Source of the DNA: a virus
Virus record (IMG/VR): IMGVR_UViG_3300017766_005733
Coordinates: 67,626 to 131,625 of that record
Direction: 5' to 3' (one strand)
DNA: 64,000 bases
Shown: positions 9,299-17,567 of the stretch, one piece after another
Position numbering within the stretch: position 1 is the stretch's first letter
Layout of the letters: each line of letters starts with the position of its first letter
The notes under the pieces: model-generated
What the model was told of the DNA's origin: nothing
Databases searched by the model: none
The model's input: the letters and a program-made list of their open reading frames with translations, nothing else
Translations under genes and position numbers: made by a program

Positions 9299-11599
9299 AT
9301 GCTGGTGAGACCACTTGATAAGGGCATGGGCGAGGCTGTGGCGCGGCGTACCGTTTATCGGCCGTCCGATGAGGGTTCGTGGGCCAACGTGGCGAAGCGC
9401 GTGGCGCTGGGGAACACTCTGCTGGGTCATCCGACGACCATGCAGGTTGAATGCGAGGCGATGACCGAGGCCATTGCCTCCGCGTCGTTGCTGATGTCGG
9501 GTCGCCACCTGCAGCATGGTGACGATCAGCAGCCGCGTCGCTCGATCGAGGTCTTCACCAACTGCTCGTCGGCGGCGGCTTCGTTCGCCAAGTTCTACCT
9601 GCTGCTGAATGGCAGCGGCGTCGGTCGCGGCTACGACGACCACATGATGGTTGTGGACTGGCAGAAGGGACCGAACATTCGCCTCGGCCTCTCCGCCGAA
9701 CACACCGATCACCCGCACTCTCCCGAAGCCATCCGCGAGTTCGCCCGCAGCTGGGGAATGTCAGTCGACGACGTTCCGGCTCTCCTCGATTCCTTCACCC
9801 TCAATCACCACGCTGTTGCGGCGGCGATCGCCGAAGGCAAGTTTGAGGACGACAATCACGTCTACATGCAGGTCGACGACAGCCGAGAGGGCTGGGCCCA
9901 TGCCTTGGAGCGCTGGGAGACGATGGCATTCCTGCAGGATCGCCGGACGCTGGTGATTGACTGGTCGCTGGTGCGCGCCAAGGGCACACCGATTGGCGGC
10001 ATGCAGGATCGTCCGGCCTCGGGGCCGCTGTCGCCGATGCGCGCTTTCTGGCGCGTGACGTGGAACGTCGTCATGGCCTCGGAGATGCCGCTGTGGCGTC
10101 AGGCCATGGTCGTCGACCACTACATGAGCGAAGAGGTGCAGGTTGGCGGTGCCCGTCGTGCCGCGCGCATGTCGACCAAGGACTGGCGCGATCCCGGCAT
10201 CATCGACTTCATCGAGATCAAGTCGAAGGGCGGACTGTGGACGAGCAACAACTCGATCACCGTCGACGCCGAGTTCTGGCGCCTTGTGGCTGAAGGCGAT
10301 GTGCGGGCCAAGGAAATCTTTGACGCCGCCACCGCCTGCTCCTTCATCAACGGCGAGCCGGGCTTCATCAACGGCGACCTGCTGGAGAAGCATGGCCAGC
10401 GTCAGGTCTACGACGATGGCAGCGACTTCCGCAGCGACCGCTTTCAGGCGCGGTGCGCTCAGCCGCTGCTGAAGGCACTGGGGGAGCGTGCGACGACCTG
10501 CAGGTTTGAGTACATCACCAACCCCTGCGGTGAAATCGTCCTCCACACCCTCGGCGCCTACTGTGTCATCGCCGACGTCGTCCCGCTCTTTGCCTTCCCC
10601 GGCACCCTTGACGAGGCGATTGCCATCCGTCAGGCCCTCGTCTGGGGTACGGCCAACGAGGAGATGCACGCGAAGGTGCGGCAGTGGGACGACAACTTCC
10701 ACAAGGCCGCCAAGATCGCGACTCGTGCCCTGATGCGCGTCAACAAGATGCCGGCCCTCTACCAGAAGGAAGTCGAGCGTACCCAGCGCATTGGCGTTGG
10801 TCTCACCGGCATCCACGAGTATGCGTGGCTGCGGTTCGGCCTGACCTTCGACGACATGCTGTCTGGCAGCCCCGAAGCCAACCAGTTCTGGGCCATGCTT
10901 CACCATGTCTCGGAGGCCATCAAGCAGGAGTCGATCGACTACGCGCAGGAACTCGGGGTCTCGCCGCCGCACACGGTGACGACCGTCAAGCCCGCGGGGA
11001 CGACCAGCAAGCTGTTTGGTCTCACTGAAGGCGCTCACCTGCCTTCGATGGCCAGCTACCTGCGTTGGGTCCAGTTCCAAGGTCGCAAGACGGAGGCTGG
11101 TGAGTGGGCGAAGGCCAGCGATCCGCAGCTGCCGGTCTTTGAGTCCAAGGGCTACCCGATGCGTCAGCTGACGCAGTACGCTGGTACCACGATCGTCGGC
11201 TTCCCGACGGTGCCGCTCGTCAGCCGCCTCGGCATGCCGAAGGTGACGACGGCTCCTGAGGCCACGCCCGACCAGCAGTACCAGTACCTGCGTCTGCTGG
11301 AGGAGAACTGGATTGGCAAGCACCGCGGCAATCAGGTGTCCTACACCCTGAAAATCTTCACCGACCGAGTGTCGTTGGACGAGTACCGCGGCATTGTCTT
11401 GCGCAACCAGTCGACCATCCGCTGCTGCAGCGTCATGCCGACGCTTCCCGAGTCGCAGATGGGCTACGAGTACCTGCCCGAGCAGGCCGTGACCCTCGAC
11501 GAGTTGGCGGAGATCATGGGCAAGATCAAGGACGACGACCTGAAGCAAGAGATCGACATCAACACCCTTCTCTGCTCAACCGGCGCCTGCCCCATGTGA
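9299..11599 (+). CDS. nrdJ: Class II (adenosylcobalamin-dependent) ribonucleotide reductase
   Basis: TNCS, GGARRAA, TNPCGEI, TTVKPAGTTSKL, C-terminal CSTGACPM; no NrdB partner in the window. Confidence 0.88.
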   Translation: MLVRPLDKGMGEAVARRTVYRPSDEGSWANVAKRVALGNTLLGHPTTMQVECEAMTEAIASASLLMSGRHLQHGDDQQPRRSIEVFTNCSSAAASFAKFYLLLNGSGVGRGYDDHMMVVDWQKGPNIRLGLSAEHTDHPHSPEAIREFARSWGMSVDDVPALLDSFTLNHHAVAAAIAEGKFEDDNHVYMQVDDSREGWAHALERWETMAFLQDRRTLVIDWSLVRAKGTPIGGMQDRPASGPLSPMRAFWRVTWNVVMASEMPLWRQAMVVDHYMSEEVQVGGARRAARMSTKDWRDPGIIDFIEIKSKGGLWTSNNSITVDAEFWRLVAEGDVRAKEIFDAATACSFINGEPGFINGDLLEKHGQRQVYDDGSDFRSDRFQARCAQPLLKALGERATTCRFEYITNPCGEIVLHTLGAYCVIADVVPLFAFPGTLDEAIAIRQALVWGTANEEMHAKVRQWDDNFHKAAKIATRALMRVNKMPALYQKEVERTQRIGVGLTGIHEYAWLRFGLTFDDMLSGSPEANQFWAMLHHVSEAIKQESIDYAQELGVSPPHTVTTVKPAGTTSKLFGLTEGAHLPSMASYLRWVQFQGRKTEAGEWAKASDPQLPVFESKGYPMRQLTQYAGTTIVGFPTVPLVSRLGMPKVTTAPEATPDQQYQYLRLLEENWIGKHRGNQVSYTLKIFTDRVSLDEYRGIVLRNQSTIRCCSVMPTLPESQMGYEYLPEQAVTLDELAEIMGKIKDDDLKQEIDINTLLCSTGACPM

Positions 11600-11620
11600 C
11601 CTCAGCGATCCCGTAGTGAA

Positions 11621-11648
11621 GCGGCCCCGCAAGGGGCCGTTTCTTTTT
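11621..11648 (+). terminator. Rho-independent terminator
   Basis: GCGGCCCC-GCAA-GGGGCCGT followed by TTCTTTTT. Confidence 0.85.
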
Positions 11649-11662
11649 GCTATACGACGAAC

Positions 11663-12595
11663 ATGCCCGTCTTTCCTTCTTCCAATCCCCCGCGCCGCCG
11701 CCCGCCCGTCGCCCCCATCTACGATGAGGACGATTACGAGGAAGAGGATCAGTGGGACGCGGAAGAAGAGGAAGAAGAGATCGAGGCGCCCGAAGCCGCG
11801 TCGGAAGACGAGGAAGAAGACATCGCCATGCTGGCGGTGGAGGAGCGCATCGAGGCCGCCAACTACCTGCGGGCTCTGCTGACCGCCGATCTCTTTGGTG
11901 GCGACCTCTCTGTGGCCGCCGGCCGCGTCCAGCGCATGGTGCGTTCGATCCTGCGCCGTGAACTTGAGGTGCTGCTGGGTCTCAAGCAGCGAGAGACTGC
12001 GGCGCCCGTGGTCGCAGAGAGCCCCTTCTCGCCTGAAGAGGTGGGGGTACTGAAGCTGCTGGCTGCCCGCGCTCGCGAACCGCGGACTCAGGCACCTCAG
12101 GTGTCTGTACAGCAGGTTGCCGTACAGCCGCCGTCGCCCGTCGTTGTCGCGGCACCGCCCAAGGCACCTCAAGTGACGCCCGTGAAGGCTGCGCCTGCGA
12201 CCAAGCCAAAGCAGGCTCCGCAGAAGGACAGGATTCAGCCAAAGCAGGCTCCGCAGAAGGACAGGGTCGTGAAGCAGGCGCGGCCGAAGCCCGCCGAGAA
12301 ACCGACGCCCGTGGTTCCTGATGGCGAAACGCCGCCCGTCGACCCGGTCTCGGGCATGCACGTCGAGATGAAGGGTGACGTGCGCCGCACCAAGAACGGC
12401 CGCATCAAGCGGACGCTGATGGTCGGCGATCAGAAGATCACCAATGACCTGACGCCTCAGGTCGTCAACCCCAACCGTCTGCCGATGCCGCAGGGCGCCC
12501 AGTTTACTGCTATTACGCAGATGCAGGCCGCCGAGACCGTCGCCGCTCAGGGCGGCAAGGCTTCGCAGATTGCCGCCGTCGCTCTTCAGTCGTGA
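11663..12595 (+). CDS. Hypothetical protein with acidic N-terminus and Pro/Ala-rich linker
   Basis: Open ORF immediately after a terminator; low-complexity segments. Confidence 0.75.
   Translation: MPVFPSSNPPRRRPPVAPIYDEDDYEEEDQWDAEEEEEEIEAPEAASEDEEEDIAMLAVEERIEAANYLRALLTADLFGGDLSVAAGRVQRMVRSILRRELEVLLGLKQRETAAPVVAESPFSPEEVGVLKLLAARAREPRTQAPQVSVQQVAVQPPSPVVVAAPPKAPQVTPVKAAPATKPKQAPQKDRIQPKQAPQKDRVVKQARPKPAEKPTPVVPDGETPPVDPVSGMHVEMKGDVRRTKNGRIKRTLMVGDQKITNDLTPQVVNPNRLPMPQGAQFTAITQMQAAETVAAQGGKASQIAAVALQS
12204..12265 (+). repeat. Intragenic tandem duplication, period 33 nt
   Basis: AGCCAAAGCAGGCTCCGCAGAAGGACAGG at 12204 and 12237 (PKQAPQKDR twice). Confidence 0.9.
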
Positions 12596-13239
12596 GAAAG
12601 GACCAGAACATGAACGCCGCCAATGGTTTCCGTGAATCGTCCACCCCCAACACCGCGCAGCGCGTGAAGGCAATGGAGAAGCAGCTGACTGATGTCCGCA
12701 AGATGGGCCCGGCCATCCTCCAGAAGCTGTCCGGAGACCTCAACCAGCTGGCGCAGGCCGTCAGCCAGCGCCTCAGTTCAATCGACGAGGTTCTGGCGGT
12801 TCTCGTCGAGGAGATCGGCGCCGAAGAGGTTGAGTCGCGCATTCAGGCTCGCCGGCTCAAGGCCCGCGTGGCTGATGTCGAGCGCAGCAAGCAGGCCATC
12901 GCCAATGGTCTGGAGAAGGGGCTGCTGACGGAGGCGCCGGCCGTGGCCGAGGACAGCCTCATCGTCGGCTTTGAGACCGACTCCGCCGGCGCCCAGCAGA
13001 ACCCGCCGTTCTCGTCGCTGCCCTTCGCTCAGCTTCAGCCGAGCCTGAAGGAAAAGTTCCTCAACGCCAAGGCCGGCGATCGCCTTGAGATCGACGACGG
13101 TGGCACCTTCACGATCGAGGCCGTCTACAAGATCGAGAAGGACAAGATCGAGGCGGCTGCGGCGGCCGAGCGCGACGAGGCGCTCAAGGCGGCAGCAGAG
13201 ATGCCTCCCGAGGTCGCCGCTGAGGCAGCTGCGGGCTGA
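12592..13239 (+). CDS. Hypothetical protein
   Basis: ORF coupled to the upstream gene, typical codon bias. Confidence 0.8.
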   Translation: MRKDQNMNAANGFRESSTPNTAQRVKAMEKQLTDVRKMGPAILQKLSGDLNQLAQAVSQRLSSIDEVLAVLVEEIGAEEVESRIQARRLKARVADVERSKQAIANGLEKGLLTEAPAVAEDSLIVGFETDSAGAQQNPPFSSLPFAQLQPSLKEKFLNAKAGDRLEIDDGGTFTIEAVYKIEKDKIEAAAAAERDEALKAAAEMPPEVAAEAAAG

Positions 13240-13263
13240 ACAGGGGATTGCCCTAAAAGAACG

Positions 13264-13291
13264 CGCCCGGCTCAGCCGGGCGTTTCTTTTT
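13264..13291 (+). terminator. Rho-independent terminator
   Basis: CGCCCGGCT-C-AGCCGGGCG followed by TTTCTTTTT. Confidence 0.8.
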
Positions 13292-13351
13292 GTTGACTGA
13301 ATGCTATCTGCCAACATACTGGCGGCGGTTTACGCGCCAAGGAGTTTCCAC

Positions 13352-14539
13352 ATGGCTTCAAAGACGCCGCGGTCTGATTCCAAGACCAGCCCCCTTCTTC
13401 AGCAGGTTCTCGACAAGGCAAAGCCCAAGGAGAACAAGACGACGAGAAGGAGGATGCGCGAAGAGGTCGTGGCCGACGCCCTCTTGGAAGAAGTCGGCGA
13501 ACTCTATGAGCGGCATCGGCTGTCACGCAACCGAACCATCACCACCGTCGCTGCCCGCGACAGCCTCTTCCGCGAAGACCTTCAGGCCTCTCTCTCGGCC
13601 ATCTTCCGTCACAAGATCGTCGCCAAGCCCTACACGCCCAAGAAGAAGAAGGTGACCGAGCGCGCGCTCAACCTCCTTCTCTCTGACCTCCACTTTGGAG
13701 CCAACCTCGATCCCCGCGAGGTGCCACTGCGATTTGGCCCCCACGAAGAGGCGCGGCGCATGGCGGCGGTAGTGGCGCAGACCGCTGAATACAAGCTGCA
13801 GTATCGCGATGAGACGATGCTCAACATTCATCTTGCCGGCGACATCATTGAAGGTGAACTGCACGATCCGCGGAATGTCAAGCCGTTGGCCGAGCAGGCC
13901 GCAGCCGCCATTCACTACCTGACGCAGTCGATCGCCCACCTCGCCACGCGCTTCAAGGCCGTGAATGTCTACTCGACGCCGGGCAATCACGATCGCAACA
14001 TCTCTCGCCACCGAGAGCGCGCCATCTCCCAGAAATGGGACAGCATCGGCAACATCATCTACTTCGCCATCAAGACGGCTCTGGCGTCGATCCCCAACAT
14101 CTCTTTCGAGATCCAGCACGCCCCCTACTACCTCTATGACTCCTTCGGTCGCAAGGGCATGGTCACCCACGGCGACACGGTTGCCAACGTCGGCTACCCC
14201 GGCAAGACGATCTCGATTGACACCGTCACAAAGGTCGTCAATGCCCACAACGGCCCCGTGAGTGAGCACGAGCGTATCGGATTGCTGGCGATCGGCCACG
14301 TCCACATCGGATCCTGTGTGCGACTGCCCAATCGCGCCGTATTCATCAGCAATGGCGCCCTTGTTCCTCCGGGACCTCATGCGCTCTCACTGAACTCTTT
14401 CGATGCGGCCTGTGGACAGATGCTGTGGGAGAGTGTGCCGGGGCACATGGTAGGCGACCACCGCTTTCTCGTCGTCGACGAGTACACCGACCGTGAAGCG
14501 GATCTGGAAAAGATCGTTTCGCCGTTCAAGGGGTTCTAG
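13352..14539 (+). CDS. Calcineurin-like metallophosphoesterase or nuclease
   Basis: SDLHFG, GDIIEG, PGNHDR, THGD, GHVH; AAGGAG SD before ATG 13352. Confidence 0.88.
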   Translation: MASKTPRSDSKTSPLLQQVLDKAKPKENKTTRRRMREEVVADALLEEVGELYERHRLSRNRTITTVAARDSLFREDLQASLSAIFRHKIVAKPYTPKKKKVTERALNLLLSDLHFGANLDPREVPLRFGPHEEARRMAAVVAQTAEYKLQYRDETMLNIHLAGDIIEGELHDPRNVKPLAEQAAAAIHYLTQSIAHLATRFKAVNVYSTPGNHDRNISRHRERAISQKWDSIGNIIYFAIKTALASIPNISFEIQHAPYYLYDSFGRKGMVTHGDTVANVGYPGKTISIDTVTKVVNAHNGPVSEHERIGLLAIGHVHIGSCVRLPNRAVFISNGALVPPGPHALSLNSFDAACGQMLWESVPGHMVGDHRFLVVDEYTDREADLEKIVSPFKGF

Positions 14540-14558
14540 TAGGTGTGGGGAAACGGGG

Positions 14559-15026
14559 ATGGTGCATGGCAAAGATCCTTCGCCGAAGCCGCGGCTTCAC
14601 AAAGGCATGTTCCGTGGTTTGACGGCCTCGGAAATCGAGGGTCTGGTGCGGGTACTGGCTCAGGAATCGAGGGATCTGGCGTCCGCGGAATCAATCAATC
14701 GCGTGATGCTGGCTGACATCGAATCGCACCTACGGACCACTCGACTGCACCTCGCGAAGAACGAAGAGAACATTGAGGCGATCAAAAAGGCGCTGATTGT
14801 TATACTGGAAGAGTATCGGCATACCATCAAGCGCATCGCCGAGGGCACCAGCAGGATCGCGGAACTACAGAAAAGCCAACGGAGACTGAGTAATGAGAGG
14901 ACGCAAATCAACGACAGGACCGCCGCCGTCTCCGAAGCCCTCCGCCTCGGCAACGAAGCTGCAGCCAGAGCCTCGCCGGTCATCGCCGGTCGTTTCGGCG
15001 GAAGATCAGAAACGCCTTCGGAATGA
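14559..15026 (+). CDS. Hypothetical coiled-coil protein
   Basis: Heptad-like ORF; start uncertain. Confidence 0.6.
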   Translation: MVHGKDPSPKPRLHKGMFRGLTASEIEGLVRVLAQESRDLASAESINRVMLADIESHLRTTRLHLAKNEENIEAIKKALIVILEEYRHTIKRIAEGTSRIAELQKSQRRLSNERTQINDRTAAVSEALRLGNEAAARASPVIAGRFGGRSETPSE

Positions 15027-15198
15027 GCCCGACTTCGTCCTCATGCGACACTGCGACAACAGCCTCGCAAGGGTCGTTGCGCGTCACCCAGAGGGGGTGC
15101 CGCACAAGGTCATCGCCCGAGCACTGGGGTTGACGGAGGAAGAAGTCGCTCAGATCCTGCAGAAGGCGCTTGGAAAGATGAAGGAGCACATGACATGA
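14893..15198 (+). CDS. Small stand-alone sigma70 region-4-like HTH protein
   Basis: PHKVIARALGLTEEEVAQILQKALGKMK resembles region 4.2 (EIA..LGLS.ERVRQI..KAL.KLR); GGAG SD. Confidence 0.65.
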   Translation: MRGRKSTTGPPPSPKPSASATKLQPEPRRSSPVVSAEDQKRLRNEPDFVLMRHCDNSLARVVARHPEGVPHKVIARALGLTEEEVAQILQKALGKMKEHMT

Positions 15199-15443
15199 TG
15201 GAAGACGTCGTTGAGGATTTCTTCAATCCCCAGACCCTTGAGTGGGACACCAAGACCAACTGGCCCTACACCCAGAACTGTGTGGTCAGACGAGGAGGCA
15301 CGGTGTTCGTGGCACGTCGCGCGGAATGGCTTGAGGTAGCCCCAGAGCACGCAGATGGCGTGCTGTGGGGGCTGATCCCCATCAAGAGCCTTCCGGCTGA
15401 GGACTTCTCTGCGCTCTGTCGCTGGCTCGCTGAAGCCGGTTGA
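15195..15443 (+). CDS. Hypothetical protein
   Basis: AAGGAG SD, ATGA overlap with the previous gene. Confidence 0.7.
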   Translation: MMEDVVEDFFNPQTLEWDTKTNWPYTQNCVVRRGGTVFVARRAEWLEVAPEHADGVLWGLIPIKSLPAEDFSALCRWLAEAG

Positions 15444-15474
15444 CTTCAGGCGCCAGTGTGGGTAAGAGGGAGGG

Positions 15475-17145
15475 ATGCTACAGCGCAACCCTCCCTCTTT
15501 TCATTGCCATCCCCAGAGCCTTGACTCGGGTTCAACCCCCGAGGCCATCATCAAGCGAGAGATGGAGTTGGGCACGGGGACCATTACCGTCACCGACCAC
15601 GGCTCCCTGTCCTGCTGCCGCAAGGTCTATGACCTCGCTCGCGGCAAGGGGCTGACGCCGATCCTCGGCATCGAGGGTTACTTCCGCGACGACAACTGCC
15701 CGATTCTGCGCGCCAAGGGCGTCGACCCCGCGAAGCACCTCAAATACTACCACATCACCATACACGCCCTCGACCAAGAGGCTTACCACAAGATCGTTTC
15801 CAAGACGTCGTTGGCTCGCACTGAGCGCCATGGCAGCGAGGTCAAGCCGCTGTTCACTTGGGCGGACTTGGAGGAGATCGGTGCCTGCAACGTCACCGTC
15901 GGCAGCGGCTGCCTCGTGGGTATGGTGCAGCGCCACCTGTTGGCGCATGGCGACTTGGCTACCGCCGAGGCCTACTATGCGCGCCTGCGATCGATCGTGC
16001 GCCCCGGCAACTTCTACGCCGAAGTCTTCCCGCACTCCTGTACCCACAACTGGGTGCAGGGCGTCTTCGTGACCTTTGCCGACGGCACCGAGGTCCGTTA
16101 CTACGACGAGAAGAACCTGCGCCTTGGCAGTGGCCTGCAGGTGAAGGCGGCGGAACTCGCCAAGGCCTTTGCCCACAAGGGCTGGAAGGGCGACACGCTG
16201 GTGGCGGTCATGGATCGCCGGGTGTGGCGCGACCTTGAGCCCAAGGCCATCGTCAAGGTGAAGCGCGTCGAGGCCTTCATCGAGAACGAGTGCCTGCCAT
16301 GGACGACCAACCCCAACGTCCAGCAGGCGTGCAACGAGATCATCCTTGGCTTCGCCGACAAGTACGGTGACCCCGTGGTCATCAGCGACGACAGCCACTA
16401 CGCGACGGCCGACGACAAGATCGTGCAGGACATCCGCCTGCAGCAGCAGGGCAACTGGCGCTTCTACGGCACCTACGCCCGCCAGTCGGCGGCCGATTCA
16501 TGGGCCTACTTCAAGGCCAACAACACCACGGAGGCTCAGTTTGAGGGCTGGGTGGAGAACAACGTCGCGTGGGGTCAGCGCTTCAAGGACTTCAAGCTGG
16601 TGGAGCCGCCGTCGCTGCCCACGAAGTTCTACCCCTCCGACACCCTCAACCACACCATCGACCTCGTTCGGCAGCAGGGGCGGATGCAGTGGAAGGACCA
16701 GAAGTACGTTGATCGGCTGCGGGCGGAGATCAACCTGCTGCACTACAACAAGACCATCGATCTGCTGCCCTACTTCTTTGTGGGGGCCGACGTTTGCAAC
16801 GCCTACTCGCAACAAGGATTTCTGACTGGGCCGGGCCGCGGATCGGCCGCCGGTCTCCTGTTGACGTACCTGCTGGGCATCACCCACGTCGACCCGCTGA
16901 AGTATGACCTGTCGATGGATCGCTTCCTGACCGTCGATCGCATCAAGTCGGGAAAGTTGCCTGACATTGACTTTGATTTTCCGTCTCGGGATATTCTCGT
17001 AGAAGAGCACGACGTGGATATGATAGAAATCGTCATGGAAGACGGATCCAAGAAGATCATCTCGCCCTCTCAGAAGATCAAAACCAGTCAAGGAATGATG
17101 ACAGCACAGGAAGCCTTCGATCGACAGGCTGAGGTGATCGAATGA
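15475..17145 (+). CDS. dnaE: DNA polymerase III alpha subunit, N-terminal fragment (PHP domain and first part of palm)
   Basis: HCH, TDHG, PILGIEGY, SDDSHY, GPGRGSAAG, LGITHVDP, LPDIDFDF; ends in a HINT-like tail. Confidence 0.93.
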   Translation: MLQRNPPSFHCHPQSLDSGSTPEAIIKREMELGTGTITVTDHGSLSCCRKVYDLARGKGLTPILGIEGYFRDDNCPILRAKGVDPAKHLKYYHITIHALDQEAYHKIVSKTSLARTERHGSEVKPLFTWADLEEIGACNVTVGSGCLVGMVQRHLLAHGDLATAEAYYARLRSIVRPGNFYAEVFPHSCTHNWVQGVFVTFADGTEVRYYDEKNLRLGSGLQVKAAELAKAFAHKGWKGDTLVAVMDRRVWRDLEPKAIVKVKRVEAFIENECLPWTTNPNVQQACNEIILGFADKYGDPVVISDDSHYATADDKIVQDIRLQQQGNWRFYGTYARQSAADSWAYFKANNTTEAQFEGWVENNVAWGQRFKDFKLVEPPSLPTKFYPSDTLNHTIDLVRQQGRMQWKDQKYVDRLRAEINLLHYNKTIDLLPYFFVGADVCNAYSQQGFLTGPGRGSAAGLLLTYLLGITHVDPLKYDLSMDRFLTVDRIKSGKLPDIDFDFPSRDILVEEHDVDMIEIVMEDGSKKIISPSQKIKTSQGMMTAQEAFDRQAEVIE

Positions 17146-17567
17146 TTTGTCAAAGATGCAACAAGGACGAGCGATACAAAGATGGCAAATGCAAGCCATG
17201 TGCTCGCGCAAGAGCCAGAGAAGACTACCATCAAAATGCCGAAAAACGGAAAAGACAGGCACAGGAATGGAAAGAGAATAACCGAGAAAGAGCCAGAGCC
17301 TCGGGTCGCAGGGGAGGACGAACTGATTGGCAGCCGGGTGAGCACGAAAGAGCAGAGGCCGCCCTAAAGACGGCAAACCGGTGCGAGGTCTGTGATAGCG
17401 TCGACCCTCGCCATAAACGTGGATGGAACGCCGACCACGATCACGCCACCGGGCTTTTCCGTGGCATCGTCTGCCATCCATGCAACATTGCCATCTCTCA
17501 TGTAGAGAAGTTTGACCTAGACCGCGGGCAGCAGGTCTGGTACTACCTTGCAAGGAAGAAACGATGA
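17142..17567 (+). mobile_element. Free-standing endonuclease VII-type (His-Me finger) homing endonuclease splitting dnaE
   Basis: CEVC...NADHDHATGLFRGIVCHPCN; ATGA overlaps at both ends; more A-rich than the flanking DNA. Confidence 0.88.

Noticed and set aside
12204-12265. 29-nt direct repeat as a CRISPR-like array
   Set aside because: Only two copies 4 nt apart and in frame; a coding duplication.
13352-14539. Calling the phosphoesterase SbcD/Mre11
   Set aside because: Not adjacent to the SbcC-like gene and the motifs are generic; partnership is possible but unsupported.
16039-16297. THN before and CL after the PHP insert, suggesting a circularly permuted intein
   Set aside because: The motifs are short, HN is followed by Trp rather than a nucleophile, and they are probably extein sequence.
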